Part shown: piece after piece, positions 1-8,150 of the stretch | Numbering within the stretch: position 1 is the stretch's first letter | Layout of the letters: every line of letters begins with the position of its first letter | Assembly (NCBI GenBank): GCA_043803945.1 | Contig: JAZDJN010000087.1 | Coordinates: forward strand, 224,001 to 288,000 | Reading direction: 5' to 3' | DNA length: 64,000 nt | DNA from: a bacterium | GTDB lineage: Bacteria > Bacteroidota > Ignavibacteria > UBA10030 | Position numbers and translations under genes: made by a program | The notes under the pieces: generated by a model | Databases searched by the model: none | What the model saw: the letters and a program-made list of their open reading frames with translations, nothing else | What the model was told of the DNA's origin: nothing

Positions 1-222
1 CCCGGGGATTTCATCGGCTATATATTCTTTCGGATCGGTTGAACATGACCGGTGACAGAGATTGGCATACTCTCCCAACAGAACGAGATCGGGATGTTCC
101 CTGCCAATCTCGTTGAGCCTCTGATCGAGATCTTCCCAGGTTCGTTCCTGCCGCTTTTTAAATGTCTTCCCTTCGATTGTTGCAGGAAGTTGAACGATTC
201 CAACTTGGACTTTAATCTTCAT
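1..222 (-). CDS. Carbon-nitrogen hydrolase (nitrilase/amidase) family protein, 5' part only (runs off the window edge)
   Basis: Not in the ORF track. ATG at 222 overlaps the symporter TGA (ATGA). My translation: MKIKVQVGIVQLPATIEG...HPDLVLLGEYANL...YIADEIPG. This matches the family N-terminus (V.IVQ, DL.LL.E catalytic Glu region, E.IPG). Confidence 0.75.
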   Translation of the reverse strand, partial: MKIKVQVGIVQLPATIEGKTFKKRQERTWEDLDQRLNEIGREHPDLVLLGEYANLCHRSCSTDPKEYIADEIPG

Positions 223-2006
223 TGGTTGTTCTCCTGAATGGTGCGGTCTTGATAGCGCTTCATGGACAAGAACATGATTCCTCCAAGGAGAAGGAGCATT
301 CCGCCTGCAATCAGATTTATCGTTGAGGGTGCTATGGGAGAGTCCGGCACAACAACACAGAGAACGAGAACGGTGCCGAGCACGAGGCAGATTGTCCCAA
401 TCAATTTATAGGTTTGTAGGTTTGTTGCTACTGATGCTGCGGCATCGCCAAATGCGGGCCGCCGGAGATCAGCCTCAAACTCAAGAATATGTGCGTTTCG
501 CGGATCGTCTGCCTTGAACCATCGGGCAGAGACAAAGAAGACTGTCGTAGCGACCACCGCCTCGCTGAGCATATTACGGACATACGCATGATCATTCCAG
601 ACACCGGCAATCATCAGCGTCAGCGCCACACCGACAGCGGCTGAGCATGAGGCGATCCCCGACCACCATGGCGTACGGCGATAGAGAATACCGAGAGCGA
701 CTGGCATCATAAATGCAGCGGTAAGGGAATAAAATTGCAGGGCAAAGTTAAATGCTCCTCCAAGTCTGGGAATATACAGAGCAACAGCAACACCAAGCAC
801 GCCGATGATAAACATGCTGGCTCGTGCAATTGTCATCTGATTGTTTTCCGACGGCTCTCCCCTGCCGTATTTTACCCGGAGCGGCACATAGACATCTCTC
901 GTCAGCGTCGCCGAAAGCCAGTTGAATGAATCGTTCGCCTGCCCGAGCGTTGCAGAGAGTATTGCCGATACCACAAATCCAATCATCCCATGCGGCAGCA
1001 GCATCAGCGCAAGACTGACAAACGAAGCCTCTGCGGGAACAGCAAAATTCGGCCACAATGCGTTGATGTTCGGAAAGATGATTCTCGATGCCATCACAGG
1101 AAGAATCCACAGGATCGGCCCGACAAATGAAAGCACTGCACACAGCAGCGCCATTTTTTTTGTGTCCCGTTCGTCCGGAACACTTTGATAGCGCTGAATC
1201 ATCTGCCAGCCAACATTATATCCAAGAACTACGCTGATAAAATAGGAAAAGAGAAACAACGGATCTGCCGCATCGCCGGAGATACTAAGAAAACCCTTGG
1301 GGGCTTCGTTGAGAAGCCGTGTAAAACCAGCGAAGAATCCGCTTCCATCACCAAGATGAATAAAGGATACAGGAAAGAGAATTAACGTCATGACACAGAT
1401 GATGATGGCCTGAACGGTATCCGAAAGCACGGCGGCCCATAATCCGCCGATGACCGAATAGAGTACCATCACCGTACCAACGAGAACAATTGAGAGTTCA
1501 AACCCGGAAAGCGTAACGATGCCCAGAGTAAACGATTGATCGTTAAATCCGAGTGCCGTTGAGACAAAGATACAGAGGATGTAGAGTCCCTGTCCGATAC
1601 CGACAATTTGCGGGACAATCGATGTGACCGTATAAAAATAAGTGGTCGATGAAGAGAACCGGCGTGTAAGAAAGTGGAGCGGTGACTCCAGCCGTGCACG
1701 CCGCCAGAGTTTTCCAAAGATGAAATATCCCAGAAGGTACGCCCAGGTTGCACTCGTAAAGAGGATCGTGGCACCCAGACCATTCAGGTAGGTGAAGCCT
1801 GCCGCCGCTACGAACATAAATGCCGAATATCCGGAGACCCAATTGGAGAGCCCGGCAACAAGCCAGGGAATTCTTCCGCCGCCTTTAAAATACTCTTCGG
1901 TGTTACGATTCTGACGGGCAGCAAACCAGCCGACCCCGATGATGATGACGAAATACAGTCCGATTAAACCATAATCAAGCCAATTGACTGTATTGAATTG
2001 CGGCAT
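219..2006 (-). CDS. Sodium:solute symporter (SSS family)
   Basis: 595 aa, many TM helices; N-terminal LDY...EEYFKGG..IPW, GGLWAAVLSDTVQ, QRY motifs. Confidence 0.92.
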   Translation of the reverse strand: MPQFNTVNWLDYGLIGLYFVIIIGVGWFAARQNRNTEEYFKGGGRIPWLVAGLSNWVSGYSAFMFVAAAGFTYLNGLGATILFTSATWAYLLGYFIFGKLWRRARLESPLHFLTRRFSSSTTYFYTVTSIVPQIVGIGQGLYILCIFVSTALGFNDQSFTLGIVTLSGFELSIVLVGTVMVLYSVIGGLWAAVLSDTVQAIIICVMTLILFPVSFIHLGDGSGFFAGFTRLLNEAPKGFLSISGDAADPLFLFSYFISVVLGYNVGWQMIQRYQSVPDERDTKKMALLCAVLSFVGPILWILPVMASRIIFPNINALWPNFAVPAEASFVSLALMLLPHGMIGFVVSAILSATLGQANDSFNWLSATLTRDVYVPLRVKYGRGEPSENNQMTIARASMFIIGVLGVAVALYIPRLGGAFNFALQFYSLTAAFMMPVALGILYRRTPWWSGIASCSAAVGVALTLMIAGVWNDHAYVRNMLSEAVVATTVFFVSARWFKADDPRNAHILEFEADLRRPAFGDAAASVATNLQTYKLIGTICLVLGTVLVLCVVVPDSPIAPSTINLIAGGMLLLLGGIMFLSMKRYQDRTIQENNQ

Positions 2007-2027
2007 GAGGTCGATACGGTTGTTGTG

Positions 2028-3485
2028 TTACACGTGTGCAACAACGCATGCTCCACGCGTCGGGCGGCATGGAAAGATGGCATCGTTGAGATTGCCGGTT
2101 AGAACCAGACCATGCTTCGCTGCGTAGTCTTGATAGAATGATTGTGTCAAACGCTGTACAAATTGTTCAACGTGTGCTGTGGGTACGGCATTCACCGTAC
2201 ATCCGCCGAATCCCGCTCCGGTGAGCCGTGCTCCAAGTGCTCCATGGGAACGAGCAAGCAACACCAGAGCATCTAATTCCTGACAGCTCACTTCATAATC
2301 GTCACGGCAGCTTTCATGCGAGTCATTCATTAATCTGCCGAACTCCGCAATGTCATTCTTTTCAAGAGCAATGACCGCCTTTTCTACTCTCCGTGCTTCC
2401 GTGGTGACATGACGATACCGCTGCCATACCTTAAATCCTTCGGATGGAGGCGGTACTGTTGCACCTGTTTGCAGTGTAGTATAGTTCTTTTCAACATCGG
2501 CAGCCGACATACCAAGCCGTGCAGCGACACCCTCCAGAGAGAGCGGGGACTCTCCAATGGCATTATACGCCAATTGGTCAACATCAAGTTCGCTTATTCC
2601 TAACGCTTCCGATGAAAGGTGGGCAAGCAGTTTTGCCTGTACCTGTTTGCCATAGTTCTGAAGAACCGCTTTTGAAATCAGAGCTGTCGCAATACGCCCT
2701 TCGACGACACGCCGGTTATAGTGGTAGCGGGTGTTCTCACTCTTTGCTGATCGAACCAAACTATAGCAGACAACAAAGACAAGAGAAGAAGGCACCGGGA
2801 TTGATTTCGTCCGGAGCGGAAAGAAATCAATTTTTAATGCATGTTTTTCCTGACCAAGCAGCGAAATCGCCTGATCCATTCCGCCGCCTTCCATCCCAAC
2901 ATACCGTTCAGACTTTGCAAGCAGCTCGGCGAGAGCCACACGGTCATAGGCCGCATTATTGATGACAAGAAAGGACAGCGCTGACGCGACAGTCAATGCC
3001 GATGAAGAAGAGAGGCCTGCTGACTCGGGAACATTTCCTCCCACCACAGCTCGAAAACCAACAGCCGTTTCTTCCTTCACCGTTTGGCTGGACAACAGTC
3101 CCTGGACCGCGGCTTTCACATAGTTGCCCCAGTCACCCTGGGCAAAGGGCGGGACGGGAAGCGAAAAAGAAAATGACCTTGGCTCGAATGCCGGGTGTTC
3201 ATTCGCCACATCAATGATGTTGCCCTTCGAAGGCCCGAGAACAAAAATAATATCACGGTCGACTGCCATTGGCAGCACGGGGTATCCGTTGTAATCTGTG
3301 TGTTCACCAATCAGGTTTACACGTCCGGGTGCACGTACCACGATGGAAGGCTCTTCGCCGTACGTGCGTCGATAAAGATCAAGCAAGGTTCTATAGCGCG
3401 TTAGATGTGACGATGCTTCCTGTGCGGAGCAATTGTAAATTGAGGGTAATTCATTTTCGATTTTTTGTTCAAGAACACCGGCCAC
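2028..3485 (-). CDS. galK: Galactokinase (GHMP kinase), long form resembling eukaryotic GalK/GalNAc kinase
   Basis: RAPGRVNLIGEHTDY signature, P.SAGLSSSSA ATP loop, GGMDQ, GARLTGAGFGGC; GTG start with AGGAG RBS. Confidence 0.88.
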   Translation of the reverse strand: MAGVLEQKIENELPSIYNCSAQEASSHLTRYRTLLDLYRRTYGEEPSIVVRAPGRVNLIGEHTDYNGYPVLPMAVDRDIIFVLGPSKGNIIDVANEHPAFEPRSFSFSLPVPPFAQGDWGNYVKAAVQGLLSSQTVKEETAVGFRAVVGGNVPESAGLSSSSALTVASALSFLVINNAAYDRVALAELLAKSERYVGMEGGGMDQAISLLGQEKHALKIDFFPLRTKSIPVPSSLVFVVCYSLVRSAKSENTRYHYNRRVVEGRIATALISKAVLQNYGKQVQAKLLAHLSSEALGISELDVDQLAYNAIGESPLSLEGVAARLGMSAADVEKNYTTLQTGATVPPPSEGFKVWQRYRHVTTEARRVEKAVIALEKNDIAEFGRLMNDSHESCRDDYEVSCQELDALVLLARSHGALGARLTGAGFGGCTVNAVPTAHVEQFVQRLTQSFYQDYAAKHGLVLTGNLNDAIFPCRPTRGACVVAHV

Positions 3486-3548
3486 AGTGACACTCTCCTT
3501 TTTTGGGGTATGAACTACTCAGCGAAGTAGGTAATAACTTATTTTCAA

Positions 3549-3797
3549 CCACCGATGGCACACGGATAATCACTGAGAAAAGAAAGTAGTTTGGGTTCTT
3601 GTCCGAAGAAATAACAACTATAATCATTATCTGTATTCGGGGTTGTCCAAAAAGAAAAATATTGTCTCACCCGAATGTTTTTATCGGGTGTCCAGTGCCT
3701 TTATCTTTCAAATACCTGGATTCCCGATAGAAGCACTCGGGAATGACAGTCTATTTTTTTCTTTTTGGACGGCCCCACATCGGTGTGTCATCGTTGG
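3549..3797. repeat. Outer imperfect inverted repeat enclosing a MITE-like element
   Basis: ccaccgatggcacacggat (3549-3567) versus the reverse complement of 3779-3797 (ccaacgatgacacaccgat), 16/19 identical. Confidence 0.6.
3639..3776. mobile_element. 138-bp MITE/REPIN-like non-autonomous element
   Basis: Terminal inverted repeats GGGGTTGTCCAAAAAGAAAAA and TTTTTCTTTTTGGACGGCCCC. Interior has two REP-like hairpins (cacccga..tcgggtg; attcccga..tcgggaat-gac). No coding capacity. Confidence 0.7.
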
Positions 3798-3824
3798 AAA
3801 ACTTTCTAAGCAATTGTCTATCAT

Positions 3825-4706
3825 CTACCATTCTACAACAGGATAATGAATTTTCAACCATTCTTGAACCATGATGATATCGTCCTTATAGGTAAGGTCG
3901 GGCACATGTTCTTTCCATGGAATGAGTTTCAATGCATGCCGATTGGCATTCACAAGATTGGTGACAGCAACAACCAGTTCCTTCTCCTGCCGCTTCGGGG
4001 TAATCGGGCAATGCTCCAGTAATGGAAAAATCATATCGTAGTTCAGACGGAAGATATTCATGCTGACCCGAATCACCCCTTGGGGGTCTTTCAGCCTTTC
4101 GATCTCTTCCACTGATGGCTTTTCCACGATCTCGAGAAGGTATCCGTCAGTATCTCTCTTTGTTATTCCAAATCCTGCAATGCGATCCTGGTTGAATTCC
4201 AGGCCCGATCGATCATAGTCGGGATAAGCATTCGGTGCTTCACACTCCCGGAGGGCTTCTAACACCTTGAGTGAGTAGAGATTATCACTGTTGCACACAA
4301 TAAAATCTCCGCCTTTCCAGTCGGGTCGCACCAGCACTGCCTGATAGAGTGCATCGGCTGTGCCCATCGGTTTCTCTCTGCCCGCGGGAATTCTCTGGAC
4401 AGCATAGGAGATCTGGATTCCGTGGAAATCGTTGCCGCTATCCTTCTCACCATAGTATTGCCGCATAGCGTTATCGCGTTCGCCAATGACGATAGTCACA
4501 TCGTTGATCCCTGCTTTCTTGGCATTGTTGAGCATATAGTCAAGAAACGGTCTTCCCTGCTCACCAACACCGATCATGCCTTTTGTCCGTTCATCGGCCT
4601 GTTTGGCAAGTCCTGAATCGACTTGTGCCTCAGGGCTGCTCGTGCGTTTCATGCGGGAGGAGACACCGCCTGCGAGTATGACTAATCGTGGATCACTCTT
4701 GATCAT
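3825..4706 (-). CDS. Sugar-phosphate nucleotidyltransferase (NTP_transferase family)
   Basis: VILAGGVSSRMK, EKPMGTADAL, VCNSDNLY, IVEKP motifs. Confidence 0.85.
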   Translation of the reverse strand: MIKSDPRLVILAGGVSSRMKRTSSPEAQVDSGLAKQADERTKGMIGVGEQGRPFLDYMLNNAKKAGINDVTIVIGERDNAMRQYYGEKDSGNDFHGIQISYAVQRIPAGREKPMGTADALYQAVLVRPDWKGGDFIVCNSDNLYSLKVLEALRECEAPNAYPDYDRSGLEFNQDRIAGFGITKRDTDGYLLEIVEKPSVEEIERLKDPQGVIRVSMNIFRLNYDMIFPLLEHCPITPKRQEKELVVAVTNLVNANRHALKLIPWKEHVPDLTYKDDIIMVQEWLKIHYPVVEW

Positions 4707-5621
4707 TTATCGATCACCCTTTCGTTTTGCCGCTGCATACTCTGCTGCAAATGCAGCGCCATCGAACCCTTCGTCCGATGGTAATTCCGAGAGATATATT
4801 TTTCCGCCATGCTGGCGCGATAATTTTGCCGCTATATGGATCTTCACTGCTTCCAATGGCGCCTCAAGAGCAAAGGGAATAGTGTTCCCTTTGATCATCT
4901 CGACAAAGTGAAGAAGAAATGTATCATAGGGGCTCACAGGATCTAACTTCAGGGTATGTATACCGGTTACCGTGTAGAGCGAAAGCGACCACTCATGGAA
5001 CGACTGCTGCAATTGCAGCATGAGCACAAAGCCATTATGATAGGTGACGGCAACGAAGCATGATTTATTTTCAGCGACATACTCGACGTAGTTAGCTCCT
5101 GTGCCGATCACACCCTGTGCCATTTCCGTGGTGTGGATGCCATAGCTGAAGAAATCACCGGGGCCGGTAGCGACCGCCGTCATGATGTGGCCGAACTGGC
5201 TTGCCTGTGCCCTGAATGCCGCGACTTCATCGACATAGCGGAGTGCCGAGCCGCCAAAGATTGGCGTTTTTGTCTGGGCATAGATTTCCAGCAGCCCGTA
5301 AATATCACGCACTTTCCCTACCATGGGCTTATCGATTAAGACAGGTCTGTTTGCTTCAAGAAATGGATATGCCTTATCCAGGTGCTTGTCCCAGTTTGTA
5401 CCGTGGATCATCACGGCATCTACATGGTCAATCATTTCCTCCAAACGTTTGCAGACAACCGGAATGTTATTTTCCCTCGCAAACTGAAGGTCGTATCCTT
5501 CAGGCCAGACATCCCTCCCATCCCAGAGTGCATTCACTCGCACATCGGGCAGGCCGCTTAAAATGCGGGTAAATGCCTGCGGGTGCGAGGTGTCCAGATC
5601 AACAAGTCCGATGCGAATCAT
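4707..5621 (-). CDS. Gfo/Idh/MocA family NAD(P)-dependent oxidoreductase
   Basis: N-terminal Rossmann-type RIGLV.LDTSH, PVLIDKP, YGIHTTE. Confidence 0.8.
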   Translation of the reverse strand: MIRIGLVDLDTSHPQAFTRILSGLPDVRVNALWDGRDVWPEGYDLQFARENNIPVVCKRLEEMIDHVDAVMIHGTNWDKHLDKAYPFLEANRPVLIDKPMVGKVRDIYGLLEIYAQTKTPIFGGSALRYVDEVAAFRAQASQFGHIMTAVATGPGDFFSYGIHTTEMAQGVIGTGANYVEYVAENKSCFVAVTYHNGFVLMLQLQQSFHEWSLSLYTVTGIHTLKLDPVSPYDTFLLHFVEMIKGNTIPFALEAPLEAVKIHIAAKLSRQHGGKIYLSELPSDEGFDGAAFAAEYAAAKRKGDR

Positions 5622-5631
5622 AGTAATTCCC

Positions 5632-6552
5632 CTATGTCGATCGTTTGATGAGTTTTGATTTAATCAACTGGTATTGTGTCGCAACAACAACTCCGGCCAT
5701 AATTAATACCGAGCCGGCAATATCGATCATGCTCATGCTCTCGCCCAACCAGATAATGCCTGCAATGACGGCAACGATTGGAATGATGTACGCCATCATC
5801 GAGAGAGCAACGATATCCACTCGTTGCAGCAAGTCAAAATACAGTGTGAATGCCAATGCCGATCCGATGAAGCCGAGGTAGCCGAGAGCGAGCAGCATTT
5901 CAATCGTGACTTCAAATTTCGGGACACCGGAGATCCATGAAAAAGGAAGAACAATGAGGCCCGCTGTAATCTGCATCCACATGCCGAATCCAATCTGATC
6001 GTGCCCCTTAAAGTGTTTTCTGGCGTAGACCTGCGCCATGCCGATTGTCACCGAGCTGAAGAGAATCGCCAAACCACCTAGAAGAACGTTTCGGCTCTCA
6101 GTAGAGAAAGAATCATCCGAGAAAAGAACAAGAACACCGGCGAAGCCGAGTAGAAGTCCAATGATCCTGATGATATTCAGTTGATTTTCTTTCAGGTAGA
6201 AATGCGCAAGGATGGCAATGAAAAATGGTACTGTGCTTTGGAGGATCGATCCCAATCCGCCGGAGATATATTGCAGGCCCCAGATTGTCAGTGCCATCGG
6301 GATGCCAACCCAGAGCAATCCAACGATGACCGCCACTTGGATGGCCTGAGCATCGTAGTGTTCCTTCTTCGGGCTGCGAAGCCGCCAGAGCCAGAGTCCG
6401 AGTCCACCGAGAATACAGCGCAAGCTTCCCAACAAAATCGGATCACAATGACGAAGCCCAACGATTGTAACGGGCCAGGAAAATCCCCAGATAAAAGTTA
6501 ACAAGAGAACGATGCTATAATCGACTACTTTTGAATGTTTGGATATCACCAA
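5632..6552 (-). CDS. DMT/EamA family transporter
   Basis: About 10 TM helices, IWGFSW N-terminal motif, two-repeat EamA layout. Confidence 0.88.
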   Translation of the reverse strand: MVISKHSKVVDYSIVLLLTFIWGFSWPVTIVGLRHCDPILLGSLRCILGGLGLWLWRLRSPKKEHYDAQAIQVAVIVGLLWVGIPMALTIWGLQYISGGLGSILQSTVPFFIAILAHFYLKENQLNIIRIIGLLLGFAGVLVLFSDDSFSTESRNVLLGGLAILFSSVTIGMAQVYARKHFKGHDQIGFGMWMQITAGLIVLPFSWISGVPKFEVTIEMLLALGYLGFIGSALAFTLYFDLLQRVDIVALSMMAYIIPIVAVIAGIIWLGESMSMIDIAGSVLIMAGVVVATQYQLIKSKLIKRST

Positions 6553-6639
6553 TGCATTCTCCCAACGTTGGACACATGTCTGATAAAGTGCCTAAGTATA
6601 ACTATTTATCGGGATAAGGGCTACAATAAATTGCATCTT

Positions 6640-6694
6640 AAGCATCTAACCGTTCGCTACACATCGGATTTCGCTGGGAGACAAACGGTTAGGT
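6640..6694. repeat. Short hairpin element, copy 1 (downstream of glycerate kinase)
   Basis: AAGCATCTAACCGTTCGCT at 6640-6658; arm ctaaccgtt pairs with aacggttag (6684-6692). Confidence 0.55.
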
Positions 6695-6698
6695 CGCA

Positions 6699-7871
6699 TC
6701 ATCTTTGCATGCGATGTAAAAGAATTTCCGTCTTTGCCGATACGATTTCCGCGGCGCTCTTCATTGCCTGCTCAGGATCAATTCTCTCGTCAACAAGCGT
6801 TTCGACATCACACAGAAACTGTTCGTTGACAAAGCGATCTCTTTCTCCAACTATTGATCCGACAATTGCTGCCACCGGAACGTTACTTCGCTGTGCCCGC
6901 TCAACGACTCCCGAAACTGCTTTCCCGAAAAACACCTGCTCATCCAATCTCCCCTCACCAGTAATGACAAGATCGGCAACGCACACACGCTCATCGAATC
7001 CTGTTACATCGAGCACAACATCGATACCACGACGCATCTTTGCACCACAAAACGCTATCAGTCCTGCACCCAGGCCGCCCGCTGCACCCCCACCCGAAAT
7101 AGAGAGGACATCCAATCCAAGATCATTGCGAACTACCGCGGCATAGTGCATCAATGCTTCATCAAGAATGAGAACATCTTCTTTCGTTGCACCTTTTTGC
7201 GGGCCATAGATTGAGGAGGCGCCCTCGTTTCCACACAAGGTATTCTGGACATCGGAGGCTATCATAATGCTCACGCTGTTCAGACGAGCATCCAGATTAC
7301 CTGTATCAATCTTGTGGAGCGCGGCAAGTGCTGCTCCGCCGAAAGGAATATCGTACCCATCGTGATCAAAGAATCGAGCACCAAGCGCCGAGACCATACC
7401 CGCTCCGCCATCGTTGGTCGCACTGCCGCCAATACCAATGATGATCGATTGTACTCCATGATCGAGTGCAACTCTCAGTAATTCTCCAACGCCCACAGTG
7501 GTTGTATGTTTGGGATCCCGCTTATCGCGGGGAACCAGATTTAATCCGGCCGCTTCAGCCATCTCGATAATAGCTAGCATACCGTTCTGAGCGATCCCCC
7601 ATCGTGCCTGAACATGCTGACCTGGTAATGGTCCTTGAACTTTGGTCGTTTGGATTTCCCCGCGGAGTGCGTGGCAGAGAACGCTGACCAGGCCTTCCCC
7701 TCCATCCGAAACCGGATGCAGCATCACTTTGCAGTTGGGGAAGACGTTGTGTATTCCACGCGTCATCGCGCGTGCAGCTTCGAGTGCGGTGAGAGAGCCT
7801 TTAAATGAGTCTGGGGCGAGCAGTATGGAGTTCAAGTGATGTATGGAAATCCTCCCGGTATGAACACTCAA
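6699..7871 (-). CDS. glxK: Glycerate kinase (GlxK/GarK family)
   Basis: APDSFKGSL, DGGEG, IIEMAEAAGL, GGSATNDGG, YGPQKGA, GAAGGLG, ITGEGRLD. Confidence 0.93.
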   Translation of the reverse strand: MSVHTGRISIHHLNSILLAPDSFKGSLTALEAARAMTRGIHNVFPNCKVMLHPVSDGGEGLVSVLCHALRGEIQTTKVQGPLPGQHVQARWGIAQNGMLAIIEMAEAAGLNLVPRDKRDPKHTTTVGVGELLRVALDHGVQSIIIGIGGSATNDGGAGMVSALGARFFDHDGYDIPFGGAALAALHKIDTGNLDARLNSVSIMIASDVQNTLCGNEGASSIYGPQKGATKEDVLILDEALMHYAAVVRNDLGLDVLSISGGGAAGGLGAGLIAFCGAKMRRGIDVVLDVTGFDERVCVADLVITGEGRLDEQVFFGKAVSGVVERAQRSNVPVAAIVGSIVGERDRFVNEQFLCDVETLVDERIDPEQAMKSAAEIVSAKTEILLHRMQR

Positions 7872-7889
7872 TCTTCTGGTCGGGAGCTA

Positions 7890-7915
7890 GAGCCTGCCTG
7901 CCGGCAGGCAGGCTC
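7890..7915. repeat. Perfect 26-bp palindrome inserted in a REP-like hairpin
   Basis: GAGCCTGCCTGCC|GGCAGGCAGGCTC, flanked by tctggtcgggagcta and cctcccaga. Confidence 0.8.
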
Positions 7916-7940
7916 CCTCCCAGATTCGGGTTAGTGATAA

Positions 7941-7990
7941 AAGCACCTAACCGTTCGCTTCATACAGTTCTCATTGTAAGCGAACGATTA
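7941..7990. repeat. Short hairpin element, copy 2 (upstream of glycerate kinase)
   Basis: AAGCACCTAACCGTTCGCT (18/19 identical to copy 1); taaccgttcgctt pairs with aagcgaacgatta. Confidence 0.6.
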
Positions 7991-8007
7991 TATCCAAGCA
8001 GCGTTTT

Positions 8008-8137
8008 CTCGTTCCCAAGCTCCTGCTTGGGAACGTTCCTGCCGCATGCTCTGCATGCTACTCCGTAGATTCATACCTCTTTCAAAACAGAAGCAGAGCT
8101 TCTTGCCGGGTGTTCCCAAACAGAGTTTGGGAACAAG
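8008..8137. repeat. REPIN-like doublet of inverted REP hairpins
   Basis: cgttcccaagc-tcct-gcttgggaacg (8010-8035) and tgttcccaaac-aga-gtttgggaaca (8111-8135). Confidence 0.7.
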
Positions 8138-8150
8138 TAACGAATTACTT

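Noticed and set aside
6644-7990. Bona fide integron cassette array
   Set aside because: No integrase, only two sites, too short for canonical attC, and the second lacks GTTRRRY. Kept only as a repeat observation.
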